Positions 10,149-22,252 of a stretch of DNA of 50,833 bases are shown piece by piece; the stretch's first letter is position 1, and every line of letters begins with the position of its first letter. Origin of the DNA: Tortispora ganteri (Eukaryota); assembly GCA_003707115.1 (NCBI GenBank), contig PPNB01000025.1, positions 62,001 through 112,833 of the forward strand. The letters run 5' to 3'. Both the position numbers and the translations under genes were made by a program. Below the pieces are notes generated by a model. That model had not been told where the DNA came from and did not search any database. It saw nothing but the letters and a program-made list of their open reading frames with translations.

Positions 10149-12521
10149 ATGGCCTCTACTTCATCAATGACTATCCCTGCTATCGTACCCTTAGTCCAAG
10201 ACCCATCGAGGCAACAAGATAGCATTCAGGATGTCAACAAATCTATGCCTCGCAGACGCTCAAAGGTTTCGAGGGCCTGTGATAAATGCCGACGAAAGAA
10301 AATTAGATGTGACATAGTTCCAAATTCCGATGCGTCTTGTACATCTTGTCAGCGCGCAGGAGAAAAATGCGCCTTTAGTAGAATACCTCTGAAAAGGGGT
10401 CCCTCTAAAGGCTACATCAAAGAATTAGAAGTCCGTCTTAATACGCTCGAGAGCACTCTATCTGAAGGTTCTCCTCCTACCCCGCATCCTCCAGTTGACA
10501 ACAACATCGAAAGGACTTCGGACCACGCAAACGCACCTCCACAACAGAGAAGAAGTAGCTTGTTTGCTATACTCTCAGCTCCCATTCCATACAAACAGCA
10601 AAGTCTATCCAGCCCATCTACCAACCATTACTCGCACGAGTCCAGCGCATCTCCGTCATCTCAGACTACCACATTCTCAGCCACTTCCTCTGCCTTAGAA
10701 TCTCGAGTTCTTCCGAAACCCATAGGCCAACAGTTTAATCTATCTGCACACATTGACAAACCACCCTCTCCTCCAAGCCGACCCTGGTTCTTTCCAGATA
10801 CAATGAGAAACAGCCCTCCTGATACTTCAATGGCCCAAAGACTAGCAACATATACGTGGTCCTCAGAGACTCAAAAACAATCTTTCACAGCGCCAATGCA
10901 ACCACCAGTACTGAAATCGCCAATCTTGCCAGTTCCGAGCGTTAATACTAATGAAGTCGGTGCAATGGGTGCATTCACGGATATTACGAGCATTCCTGAC
11001 GCACTTTACGACGACTATTATGCCTTAATACACCCAACTTTCCCCGTACTATTGCACTCTAGAGCACAGCAAAAGAGAAGTATGGAACACAGTGACGATT
11101 CCGGTCTTCTATCCTCGCTGATGTACTGGGCTTTGGTACTTGCTATTCAGTCATTCCCTAAAGCTGCTTCAGGAGTGAACTATGCCAACACTGTTCAGTC
11201 AAACAATGTACCTACCGGACAGCAACTCCGAGCAGTGTGTTTAAGTATTTTCGCGCAGGTTCATCTAAAAAATTGCAGTGTATTAGTTCAGATGCAGATC
11301 CTGCTACTGCTCACCATTGGTTGCGATAACGTTACCTTCGATGTTGAAATTAACAAGAACCAAAGCCCAGTACAAAATCAAACCCACCAAGGTATTCCCG
11401 CAGATGTGGAAGCAATAGAGGCCTTACGTGCAGCGAAGGGGGCGCTAATTGGTGCAGCTACTGGTATTGCGCTTTCTAGCAGGCTCTATGAAGCGCGTTC
11501 CACTACTGGGGTGAAGCGTGAGGCCAACATGGGTAAAGACAACAATGAGGTTCGAACGAATGAAAAGCCTACTAATGGCTCGAGTTCTTCTCGAGTCGCG
11601 TACCAAGAAGACGAGGACAACGATTCTCTGGCCAGGCGCCTATTTCTATTACTTGTCACGTTAGACCGGTGGAACATGATTGAAAGCGGAAGTCCGTGTA
11701 TGATTCAGGAATCACATGTTGTTTTAACGGCCAACGATGAGTCCATAATGGGATATACTCCATACAAGTTATTGAAGTTGAGTCTGGTGGTAGGACATAT
11801 TGGCGATGCAATTCAGCAGCACACTGTGAAACGACTCTCTGGGGATGGTAGTGCTGATGGATGCGGTCATCAGTACGATGAAGCTACAAGCCATATGGTT
11901 CTGAAAATGCTGAAATCAGAGATCCAGCTGTACCAGGAATCGATCGAACCGCTGTGGGATTGCCATACCGTGTTGACAATGGGTCTGTGGTTTTCAGAGG
12001 TTCTTTTGTTTGTGCTTTCGGCAGGGTCAATCAGCGGGAAAGGCTGGACACCATCATCTCCTGGACCAGAAGGCTGCCTAAGACTTGCTATCAGGATAGC
12101 AAGCATACTGGAGTCACCTTCTACACCGGCGACTCCATTTTCGCACCATTTTGCTTCAGTTGCAGTAATCATGCTATCTTCACTCTCCCACGAACCGAGT
12201 CTGAAGGAGGAAGCGCTGAGAGGGTTACAAGGATTGCTGGGCGATTCAGGAATGGTTGCGAGCGATCAGAATGTGAGTCCCCGATGCAGCATGGCTTCGT
12301 CGCCCTGGTCCAGCCGGTTGAAAGAGCTCTCTAAAAGGATAGCGTATTCTCAGCAACCCGTTGTGGCCGGCTGTCGAGGCCCGAATCCACTGGATGATCT
12401 GGCTACAGTTGCGATGCAACATGTTTCACCGGATTCATTTCCAGAACTAGACATATTGTCGAAGTATTTATTATGCACTCGTGAAGGAGGATACCTGCAA
12501 GCATGGCGTGAATCTATCTAA
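10149..12521 (+). CDS. RGT1: Zn(II)2Cys6 transcription factor, Rgt1-like glucose-responsive regulator
   Basis: RSKVSRACDKCRRKKIRCD-x7-CTSC-x6-C-AFSRIPLKRGPSKGYIKEL matches the Rgt1 zinc-cluster and linker signature. A middle homology region (YYALIHPTFPVL) follows. First ATG is at 10149. Confidence 0.8.
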   Translation: MASTSSMTIPAIVPLVQDPSRQQDSIQDVNKSMPRRRSKVSRACDKCRRKKIRCDIVPNSDASCTSCQRAGEKCAFSRIPLKRGPSKGYIKELEVRLNTLESTLSEGSPPTPHPPVDNNIERTSDHANAPPQQRRSSLFAILSAPIPYKQQSLSSPSTNHYSHESSASPSSQTTTFSATSSALESRVLPKPIGQQFNLSAHIDKPPSPPSRPWFFPDTMRNSPPDTSMAQRLATYTWSSETQKQSFTAPMQPPVLKSPILPVPSVNTNEVGAMGAFTDITSIPDALYDDYYALIHPTFPVLLHSRAQQKRSMEHSDDSGLLSSLMYWALVLAIQSFPKAASGVNYANTVQSNNVPTGQQLRAVCLSIFAQVHLKNCSVLVQMQILLLLTIGCDNVTFDVEINKNQSPVQNQTHQGIPADVEAIEALRAAKGALIGAATGIALSSRLYEARSTTGVKREANMGKDNNEVRTNEKPTNGSSSSRVAYQEDEDNDSLARRLFLLLVTLDRWNMIESGSPCMIQESHVVLTANDESIMGYTPYKLLKLSLVVGHIGDAIQQHTVKRLSGDGSADGCGHQYDEATSHMVLKMLKSEIQLYQESIEPLWDCHTVLTMGLWFSEVLLFVLSAGSISGKGWTPSSPGPEGCLRLAIRIASILESPSTPATPFSHHFASVAVIMLSSLSHEPSLKEEALRGLQGLLGDSGMVASDQNVSPRCSMASSPWSSRLKELSKRIAYSQQPVVAGCRGPNPLDDLATVAMQHVSPDSFPELDILSKYLLCTREGGYLQAWRESI

Positions 12522-13119
12522 ACATGTGCAGTTTCATGATGGAAACTTATCGATCTTACACAAGCCGCCTACTGATAGGGGTATTCTGCATAACATGCAC
12601 GCTTATACCAACCTAATCGACTAGATGTGATCAAATAATAATGAAAAAAAGGATATAGGAATAAAATGATTATTTTGAGGCGGTTTTTACACCCCTGAAC
12701 AGGTACTGCTTTCTTGTAGTTACCTATTTAGCCAGTAATTCGTTAGTATACCCAAAACCCACACTCCTCATCAGCTTCACCCCCTTTTTCTCATAACACG
12801 ACCAGACGAGTCATTTATATTATTCTAGACGCTCATTTATTTGTCAAATACAATATCGCGATTTAATTATTTGAGGTCCTCATATATACTAAAGGACTTA
12901 ATAACAGTGAAGCTACCGAATATTTGACGTCGGTGGTTGTTACTCAACGGTCTGTTTTTCCTTTGAAATCAACACGCCTACCTACCACGTCCCTTCCATC
13001 ACATCCTATAATTCTCGGTATTGAACCATCTTAAATTATAAAAGCAATCTTCTGCTGCTCTAAATAATCAGTATTTTGTTTAATCTGCATACACTCTTTC
13101 CAGATCTTAATATTTTTAT

Positions 13120-16100
13120 ATGTCTGAATCGGTAAGTCCAACATTGGTTACAGAACCACATAGGGTTCCTGCGTGCTTTTTCGAGCCTCTCAAAGAACTC
13201 TACAACGTGTTTCAACTCGCTTATTTCTAAGAATAATACTAACTCACGTGTTTCTCGATGGAATGCGCCTGTCCCGCATGGACTTCCGCTAAATATTCCT
13301 GAACTTAACACGGCATTACTAGACTACTACCTCATCAAATCCTCCTAATGAAGATCTAAACTCGGACGTGAGAATGGATTACGATTCCGCTAACGACAAC
13401 ATTAAAAGCTCATCAAGATTGCCTCGCAGATCAAGCTCTTTGAACGATAGCACTTATACTAAAGATAGAGGATACTCCATAAATGATCCTGACCAAGAGG
13501 AAAATGTATCGTCGGACGACCTGTCTTACCAGCTTGACCCCGAATACATATTACCTCATCAAACTATACCAGAATCATCCTCACTTCCTCTGTCTGCATA
13601 CGTACCTCTTGGAAGCATGGATAGTCAGCTTACTAATGAGGTTGTCGCCGCAGAGTTAAGCTCTATAAAAGCCTTGCGCCGCATCTCTCTCGACACGGCT
13701 GAGCATGGTGTAGGGAACGATCCAGATTTGCCATTTTCCATATCATCTACTCACCAGATACCACAAGCATCTCAATCATCTGTCACAAATAGCTCACGGG
13801 ACCTCTTACACAAGCGCACTTCTTCTCAATCAACGGTCGCCTCAGACTCTTCTTTGCAAAACTATAACGATATTTGGGTACCTGCACATCTCCACCCAGA
13901 AGTCGCTCCTCTAGAATGGAAAACTTTCATAGAGCAAAAGGTGTCCGAACTGGAAAAATACCGGCCGAATGACGCAAATTCTTCATCTTCCGCTGCATCG
14001 TCGTCTTCCAACTCCAAAAACACCAATCAAAGTGAAACAAAATCAAAAATTGACCATGAAAAACTGCGTCGCAGGAAATCTCGATTGTCACAACAAATCG
14101 ACGTAAAATCTGGTGCAAAAGATTACAAGGATGCTTCTGAATCTCTGCGTAAACGTCGGTCTGCAAATGCTCCTCCTCTACCTAAAGTGGCTGATCTAGA
14201 TATACTCGATCAAATTTCAGATGAGTTTCTTTCAATAGAGAGTCTTCCTCAACCGTCTGAAAGACCTAGAGAGAACGATCATCTAATTCAAGATACCCCC
14301 ATGTCTTCTCCTTTACTCACGACCTCTTCACCACCATTATCTGAAACTGACCAATTTTCGCTCCAGTCTTCTGCATCTACCGGTGGAACTGGCCTCAGAA
14401 GATCCTCTCGCACAGTTATTGGACAAAATTCTCTGAGACGAGGATATGGTGCTAAGCCCCTAAACCTGGGAAGCTTAAAAGGAAGTAAGATAGGCTCGCA
14501 TCTTAGTGCCACTACTAGCGAGCCTGAAGCGCCTATATCTAGCAGATCAATTGACTATTCATTCCAAATAGACAAAGACAAAGACTTACCTCCCGTTCCT
14601 CCTTCTAAATCTTCTAAGGAACCGGTTGTCTCACAAGTAAAATCATCTTCTTCGGCAACTGGTCCATCTTTCCCGAATACCGAATCATCATTCGACAGAG
14701 TTGATAAACAAGTACGCGAGCTTGTCAGTGGTATCGAGGAATTACAATTAGAGAATGATATTTATTCGAAAGGAAATGTCCCTTATTTTATAAGCGACGA
14801 AGTCACACGAGAACATGAACCCCTCTACGACCAATGCGCTGCCGAAATTGTCTCGCCAAATTTGGACAAAGATTTACCAAAACCTCCAGATAGGCCTGTT
14901 ACTGTTACCGACGAAGACAAAGACCTTAAGAGATCTGGAAGTTTACCCAAGACACCAGTGCTTGATGAATCTGTCGTTTCAGAGGATACCAATGTCTTCA
15001 ATTTGCACACTGAAAAAGACCAAGAACAGCCTACCTTGAAAAACGCCATGCCATACATAGTTTCTTCAATGATAAGAGACGACCATCTTGAAGAAGGAAG
15101 CTCATTTAAGCCCACTCCAAACAAATCTTCCACGGAGGGTACCCAACCTCAAGACAAGGGCCTTGACGTGGAACCGAAACAAATTTCTGTGTTCAAGTCA
15201 AATGAGTCAAAGATAGCAACAATTTCTGATGTAATATCAATTCCTGCAAGCCCTATATTAAAGGAACAGCACAATATACAATCTAGTGTTAATAACTCTA
15301 GAAAGCTTTCATGGAGTGGATGGTTTTCTAATTCAAAAGACCCGAAGAAAAAGGACAAGGCCAAGGATAAGGAAAAAGACAAAGAAAGGCAAATTGAAAG
15401 TAAATCTGGACTGCAAGTTGACATTAGTTCGGGCGTTGCGGCTCTTCAGCCGTCTCCAATATTGTCTACTGACTCAGAGTTCTCCAGTGACAATGAGATT
15501 CAGTCCAAAGATAGTTCATCCTCTACTGAATCAAAAGACTCTAGGACAGAGAAACTTCTTTCTTCGGTATTTAAAAACAAGAAAAAATCGAGCAAGAAAG
15601 CAAACCAGGACTCATCACGGAAAGAAAAGAACAACAATTTTGACGCTAGTGATTTTGATTCTTCTGATATGGAAACTCTTATTGATGATCGTAATGATGC
15701 TGAAACATACATGCCCGGTCTGACAATGATAACGGAAATGGAGACTGCAAATCAAAGAAACGGTTCAAATGAAGCTATGTTGAATATAGAGAACTCCTAT
15801 TCTAGGTTTCCTATTCACATCGAGAGGGCTATCTATAGGTTGTCTCATATAAAGCTCGCCAATCCACGAAGATGCTTGGCGCAACAGGTTGTGCTTACTA
15901 ATTTCATGTACGGATATCTTAATCTCATTAATCAAACTCCTGTGCGCCAATTGCAACCGCAGAGTCCTCGTTCCAGAGAAGAGATGAAGATACCTCAGGA
16001 GAAGACATTAGAGAAAATGCCAGCGCCTGAAAAAGGTGTCATAGGTCGCAACAGGCCCATAAATATCTTGACAAGAGAGGAAATGGAAACGCTGGATGAA

Positions 16101-17273
16101 GCTGTAATGGATCAAGAGCTGTATAGCAATCGAGAACTGGAAATTAGCGAGAATATGCGAAATATGTTTGGTAGCACGATCGAGAATAATTTCGAGGTTC
16201 CTGACTACCTTACAATCGAAGATAGTGTTCAATCTAATGCGTCAGTTGAAGATTTTTCGTCTTCTTCTGGAACAATTGATTTACCAAAGATAGATACACA
16301 GAATTTTTGGAATGGTGTGGATAAGACAGAGAGTGAGGATATGGATTTGCTAGCTAAAAAAGATGTCTCAATACATATTGTCGAAAACAGACAACAGAAA
16401 ACGGAGAAAGAAGATTCTCATTCAACTAACACAAAAAATGATATTTCTCAAATCCTTGACCATGAAACTCCGGCATATTCTACTGACAATATGTCCAAAC
16501 GTTCTAGCTCCTCTGGTTATACTGAAAAGACTCAGGAATATCCACAGTATAGTGACATGTATCTTCAGCAAGGACAAGTCCCGCCTAGACGTGGTAGCTA
16601 TGATCAGGGGATGAATGGTTCTATGAATAGCCAGAAGCAACGGACACGGCAAATAGTATACGAAGAAAGAAAGCTTGGCTCACAGATAGCATCATACGGA
16701 GTCTCGCATCCTCCTATGCCTTATAGAAGACCTCCTCAACAAGGTACATTTAGTCCAAGCCCAAGTGCGCGTGATGTGCGTAGGGTGCCGTTACCACAGG
16801 ATCGGTCTGTACATATGAGCCGCAATATGAAGTCTGGACCATTTCCTAGACGGTATCCTCCAGAAGAGCCACGACGTTTACCTAATGGATACCATAAGCC
16901 TGCTGGCTATGAAGCCAATTGCGGTTATGACTTAAACTCCGACAGATACTATCAAAGATCTCCTAGCCGGAATCGACATTATGCCAATTCACAGGGGGTT
17001 TCTCAGGGAACGCCAAAGATATACAACCCCCCACCACAAGGTTACAGAAGACGACCGCCGCCTCCAAATTCAATGGGCAACTCTCACATGACTGGTGTGC
17101 CTATTTACGACACTGCGGATAATTATGGACCAAGGCCTGCGCATGGGAAACATAGGCAAGACTTGGATCCCCGAATAATGAACCCTGCAAATTCACTTCA
17201 AAATTTACGTCGTGATATACAGTATGCGGATGATAGGTACAGTGGAAGATCGGCGTACCACCCCACGACTTGA
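13120..17273 (+). CDS. ZDS1: Zds1/Zds2-like PP2A-Cdc55 regulator; exons 13120-13131 and 13323-17273
   Basis: Zds_C domain YSRFPIHIERAIYRLSHIKLANPRR.L.QQV.L.NFMY.YL and N-terminal WVPAHLHPE..P. ATG TCT GAA TCG followed by GTAAGT splices in phase 0 into the long ORF. Confidence 0.85.
13132..13322 (+). other. Spliceosomal intron of ZDS1 (191 nt)
   Basis: GTAAGT at 13132, TACTAAC at 13237-13243, first downstream AG (TAG) ending at 13322. Splicing joins MSES to TTTSSNPP in frame. Confidence 0.8.
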
Positions 17274-17393
17274 TGATATCATATCATATGATTGCCATGA
17301 AAAAAAAAAAAATAATACAAAGAATATGACTACTAAAGGAACCATGGAAACGAATCTAGAAGATATACCGGTAGAGTTGTTATTTAAAGTAGA

Positions 17394-19451
17394 CTATTTT
17401 GGAGTTGCAGAATGCGAACTCCGCCAGATCCATGTAGCGGTCACAAGCATAACAGATAATGCAGCACCTGTTAGCCACACGGGAGGGAAATCTGATGGTT
17501 CATTATTTTCAGTGTCGGCCACTATTCTGGGCGTAGAACTTGAAGGAAACATAGCGCATTCAGCAAGTTGCACGTACAGTTCTGATACCGATGCTGGCCA
17601 CATTGCAGAGACGTGAAGAGGCGCAGACAATCCTAAACTTCTGGTATAGTCATTAGGTTGTAGCTCAGATCTCTGTTGCTGCCGATCTAAATCTGCCTTC
17701 AGAGCAACAAAAAGGCACGGGATCCTATCTAATTCAGGGAACCTAGAACGAAGATCAACGATGTACTGGAACGAGTCAGGGTCAGATGAATCATAGGCAT
17801 AACACAAGACATCACAATCCTCCAGGCGCTTAGAATTTGATAAAATAGCAATTTCTAGTTCGCCAGGTTCTTCAACAATCAGATAACATTGCTTTCCTCC
17901 TGTCATTTCGACAGTGTTAACAGCCAATGAAGACAAGATAGTCGGGCGATAAGCAGGAGAAAACCCATGATTCAAAAAGGCTGACATTATCGATGATTTT
18001 CCGCATCCACCAGCCCCGAGAAGCAAACAACGAAATATACTGCGCTCTATAGGTTTCTTAGGACCATAGATGCTACCAGAAGACCCTAAAATGAGATCCC
18101 AGTAAGATGAATACTGATGATTAGATTTCCCGTTAATCTGCGGGCGTTTTCGTCTTGGTTTTGTAATTTTCAACGCATCTGTAGTAGATACTTTCTTTGC
18201 TTGATAAACCCTTGATTCAATGAAGGCTTGAGATAATGCTGAAGGAGAGGGTTCATCAAAACCAAGCCAAGCAAGGTATGCCAGAGTGACGCGATAATCC
18301 AACGAAGTAGTCATACTCCATTGGGCCAGCCATCCTTGCAAAGTGATATAACCTTTCTCGGAAACCACAGTAGAGCGTGGAAAATGCGTTTCTTCCCATA
18401 ATTGAGGAATCCCAGGGGTAGGGGTGAAAAGATCAGTTAATTCTTGATCACTAAGTCCTCCGTCATTGTCTTTATCAAACAGCAAGAACAGATCCACAAA
18501 GAACTTATAGCCAGAAGGACTCAATTCAATGCTCGAAAGAGGTGGAACTTCAAGCTTAGGATATAAGTAATAATCAGATAAAGAAAGAGAGTCTGAGTAA
18601 TGGAAAGCACGCAAAATAGCCCAAGTCGTTTCATGACGGCCCTTTTCTGCATATATTTTGTTCAGCAACAGGAAGTTATCTTTCGATATACCTCGAACTC
18701 CATCAGCCAGAGTTCCAGCGCCCGGATTGGCTTTCGCTAGAGTTCTAAATATGTCGTCAATATCTTGCTCGCTGATCGATTTGCCAAAACAGCGGTGCTG
18801 GAGATGAGTAAGTTCGCGATAGTCTAAATAGCCGTCCTGGTCCTTATCGCTTAGAAAAAAGATTCTAGAAAGAGCTTCCTTGGCCGCTGGTTTTAAAGTG
18901 AGTTCTTTAGTATCATACAAAGGCGCAATAGGGTGGGTTACGGCTCTTTGACAGAGATAAAATGCTTGGTTGACGTTATAGTTCGTCTTTGCAGACGACC
19001 TGATGCAAGACTCTATTTCCTTAAACTCTTTAATTAATGGCATCATTTCGGACTCTATCAGCTGGTCAGATTCTAGATCAGAAGAGGAAGTGAGTTCGCA
19101 TTTGTTCGCACATAGAACTACGGGGACATTCACGCCGTTTGAGCGAAAGTAAGGCATCCAGTAGAGAGATATGCGTTGATAGGAGTAGTGATCCGCATAC
19201 ACGAGCCAAATAACATGGGCTCTACGAAGTTCCTTGTTCAACGGATCTCTGCTGGAAACCGTACCCGGTGTATCTATGACTATGCAGCTCGGGCCATCAT
19301 TGTAGGAAGGAGGGAGGGTTATTGGAGGTAACACTTCCTGCTGTTCGGGGCCGGACGCCATTAATCGTGCATCTTTTACCAGACTTGCAATCAGGCTTGT
19401 TTTGCCAACGCCTGGATCTCCGCATACCACGATCCGAATTTGTGAGGCCAT
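17394..19451 (-). CDS. GEM1: Mitochondrial Rho GTPase (Miro)
   Basis: GTPase 1 (GDPGVGKTS), two EF hands (DKDQDGYLD, DKDNDGGLS), GTPase 2 (GAGGCGKS) and a C-terminal transmembrane anchor. Confidence 0.97.
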   Translation of the reverse strand: MASQIRIVVCGDPGVGKTSLIASLVKDARLMASGPEQQEVLPPITLPPSYNDGPSCIVIDTPGTVSSRDPLNKELRRAHVIWLVYADHYSYQRISLYWMPYFRSNGVNVPVVLCANKCELTSSSDLESDQLIESEMMPLIKEFKEIESCIRSSAKTNYNVNQAFYLCQRAVTHPIAPLYDTKELTLKPAAKEALSRIFFLSDKDQDGYLDYRELTHLQHRCFGKSISEQDIDDIFRTLAKANPGAGTLADGVRGISKDNFLLLNKIYAEKGRHETTWAILRAFHYSDSLSLSDYYLYPKLEVPPLSSIELSPSGYKFFVDLFLLFDKDNDGGLSDQELTDLFTPTPGIPQLWEETHFPRSTVVSEKGYITLQGWLAQWSMTTSLDYRVTLAYLAWLGFDEPSPSALSQAFIESRVYQAKKVSTTDALKITKPRRKRPQINGKSNHQYSSYWDLILGSSGSIYGPKKPIERSIFRCLLLGAGGCGKSSIMSAFLNHGFSPAYRPTILSSLAVNTVEMTGGKQCYLIVEEPGELEIAILSNSKRLEDCDVLCYAYDSSDPDSFQYIVDLRSRFPELDRIPCLFVALKADLDRQQQRSELQPNDYTRSLGLSAPLHVSAMWPASVSELYVQLAECAMFPSSSTPRIVADTENNEPSDFPPVWLTGAALSVMLVTATWIWRSSHSATPK

Positions 19452-20232
19452 GAGAATCTAGATTTGAGATTCCTCTGACGGGATCACAAACAAGCTGGTG
19501 TTCGCAGGTATGTAGTTGTTGTTAGGGGAGAAGAAGATCCCAAAGCGCAGATATACTAACGAGAGATGGTCAATGTTATAATACGGTTGATTATGCCGTC
19601 AATTAGCAGCATTCCTTTTGACGGCTCAAAGTGATAACGACAAGGGAATTTGCAAATTTTGCAGTGCTAGGAGTGGAGAACATACATAGTTCATATCGTG
19701 GAAACGGAAGTGGGAGAAGCACGACAGACAAGGGTAGGAAGGGAGCTAAATGTGGGGGGAAGGGGAAGTGGATTTTGGGTTTAAAATACCGGAACGGCGA
19801 CACACTGACAATGTTTAGTTGCGTGTGAACCAAATATTGGATCGGTTAAGCAAAATAGATAGACAAAATTAAGCCTGACTGCCGGGGGTTCTAAAGAAAT
19901 AGACTATAGAATGGTGAAGAGAACGCGCGGTACGCAACCGCGACAAACTAGCGTGGATTAAAATAAACTGGATCGCAGGAAGAGAGGGGGAAATCGTGAG
20001 CGTTTTATTAAAGTTCTGGGGTAAAGAATATTGAGAGAAAGCTTAAATATGGTACATTTACTTCCTAGTTCATTCTTAGCCTTTAATTTGTTCTTTCTCA
20101 TTTACGCCTTCTATTTTTGTATTCTCTCGATCCGACCAGTTTGAGGGTGGTCAGAAAGTAAAAACCAGACTACATTGTTTCTAACTACATTGTGTGTCAC
20201 ATTGTTAAATAGTGTGACATAAAGCAATTAGA

Positions 20233-22155
20233 ATGTTCGCATTATCACCCCCCTCGACCCGTTTAGGAAATACTACGCAGTATGCTACTACACTGAACGC
20301 CATCCAAAAGGAACAGTTCGCAGAGGCTTTTAATTCAGTTTCCTATCCGGATGATACAGACACTCATTTCGAAGACGCAGATGGCCGCTATTCGCTGAAG
20401 GAATACCTCAAACTCGCCATTCCTGCACCACATCCGTCCACTCCTCCAGTTATCACCGTCAACCCTCTGTCGACTCACTACAAAGCTGTCAAAACCGGCA
20501 CAAAACTCTCAATAGTTCACTTAGCTCTGCCAAAACACGTTCCAATCTTTCATTCTCTTACACATCTTACCTCGTCTCTTCAGATCAATTCCCGTGACGT
20601 ATCTACCGCCACTACTCCGACGTCCACTCCACTTGAATCCTACAACGGCAACGATCTAGAGTCCTGTATCTCGGTTGTTTCCCAGTCTTCTACTGCGCGC
20701 TCTGGTGGTTTTACAAAACTCAAAAAATCATCTTCGCGGCCGCAACCCACCTCAGTCGACAAGTCTACCTTTCCTCTGATCGTGCTCTCCGACGTGGGTG
20801 TCGGCTTCGGAACCAGCCTTTGCACTTGGGAATCGCTTTTACTTTCATTTCCGAGCATACAACAATGGCCAGTACCACTGAAAAATGCCTATGGCCCGGC
20901 AAATGTTGTACCGGACTCTCCGGCCTCGGTAAAACGCCGCAAACCGAAGAGTAGTCTCATAAAGAATAACTCAGCCTTGATATCACGCATTGTAATGAAT
21001 GACCATTTTCAAAAGCGCATGGCAGAACATCACTCTCAACATCCACTTATACTTGCCAACGTCGGAAGAGCTTTCGAATGGCTCGATAGCGGCCACCCGC
21101 ACAAGGAAGAGTTCCTCTCCAAGATGCTGTTCACCACTGCTAATGCACTCTGTCACAGTCCTAATCTTGTCACTGCCTCTTCAAATCATTTAGAGTCTAT
21201 CATAGGCGTAAACTCTTCGGACATAGTCTGGTGTGAAATGTTTTCCGGCAACTACTTCAGACTTAACAAGAATGGAAGCATAAACAGCTTCCCGGTGATG
21301 CAAATTAAGTGGATACCAAACTCTGAAAACCTATTTGTTGCTTCTTTTAAAGATGGGTCAATTATAATTTTTGATAAAGAAAAAGACGACCCCAGATCGG
21401 TCTCCGCAGAGACTCGCATAACCACTATACCTAAACCGACGCATTCAGCTCTCCCTGGCGGACAAATGAACGTCGTGAAGTCGCTGCAAAGTTCAGGAAA
21501 GGATACAAAACACAATCCTATCGCTCACTGGCAAGTAACAAATCAAGCTATTCAAGATTTTGCTTTTTCTCCGGATGGTACAATGATAGCAACTGTAGAC
21601 GACTCTGGGTTGCTGAAGATCATCAACATCCGTAATCAGAAAGTGACAGATATTTTTTCGTCATTCTACGGGGGCTTGCGGTGCGTATCATGGTCTCCAG
21701 ACAATAAGTATATAGTGGCAGGTGGGAAGGACGACTACATACATATCTGGTCGGTTGAGACGATGATGCCAATTGCTAGAGGGCTAGGCCACAAATCTTG
21801 GGTTGCGGACGTCAAGTTCGATCTATACAGGACCACGGAGGAATGCTACAGATTTGGTTCTATAGGAGAAGATGGCTCGCTAGCGCTCTGGGATTTTTCT
21901 CTTGACTTACTGAATTATCCTAAGCATATACCTACCAGTAGCACTCACAGACCTCAGACAAACGTGACGGAATCAGCCGATTGTAAGTTTCACCAAGCGC
22001 CTTCAAACGACACCATTCCCACAATCACGCCTATTGTTGCTAAAAAGGTCAGTAATGAGCCTCTACAGTCTCTAGTATTTTTATCGGACTCAATTCTTCT
22101 GTCCAATATCGCGGGCGGTATCCAGACCTGGACGAGGCCTTTCCCTACATCATGA
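20233..22155 (+). CDS. creC: Catabolite repression WD40 protein CreC (WDR20 family deubiquitinase cofactor)
   Basis: Motifs RRKPK.S..KNNS...SR, AN.GRAF.WLD, SK.LFT....LCH, RLNKNG.IN, F.S.YGG..CV.WSPD.KY...GG.DD, GH.SWV..V.FD and YRFGS.GEDG.L.LWDFS. Confidence 0.85.
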   Translation: MFALSPPSTRLGNTTQYATTLNAIQKEQFAEAFNSVSYPDDTDTHFEDADGRYSLKEYLKLAIPAPHPSTPPVITVNPLSTHYKAVKTGTKLSIVHLALPKHVPIFHSLTHLTSSLQINSRDVSTATTPTSTPLESYNGNDLESCISVVSQSSTARSGGFTKLKKSSSRPQPTSVDKSTFPLIVLSDVGVGFGTSLCTWESLLLSFPSIQQWPVPLKNAYGPANVVPDSPASVKRRKPKSSLIKNNSALISRIVMNDHFQKRMAEHHSQHPLILANVGRAFEWLDSGHPHKEEFLSKMLFTTANALCHSPNLVTASSNHLESIIGVNSSDIVWCEMFSGNYFRLNKNGSINSFPVMQIKWIPNSENLFVASFKDGSIIIFDKEKDDPRSVSAETRITTIPKPTHSALPGGQMNVVKSLQSSGKDTKHNPIAHWQVTNQAIQDFAFSPDGTMIATVDDSGLLKIINIRNQKVTDIFSSFYGGLRCVSWSPDNKYIVAGGKDDYIHIWSVETMMPIARGLGHKSWVADVKFDLYRTTEECYRFGSIGEDGSLALWDFSLDLLNYPKHIPTSSTHRPQTNVTESADCKFHQAPSNDTIPTITPIVAKKVSNEPLQSLVFLSDSILLSNIAGGIQTWTRPFPTS

Positions 22156-22252
22156 ACTGCCGCGCTAACTACTTTACCTGGGAGAGTGGTGTCCCACACT
22201 TTCACTCCTCTCCTACACATCGGCACACAGGTTTATTTTTTTTTTGGCAGTT

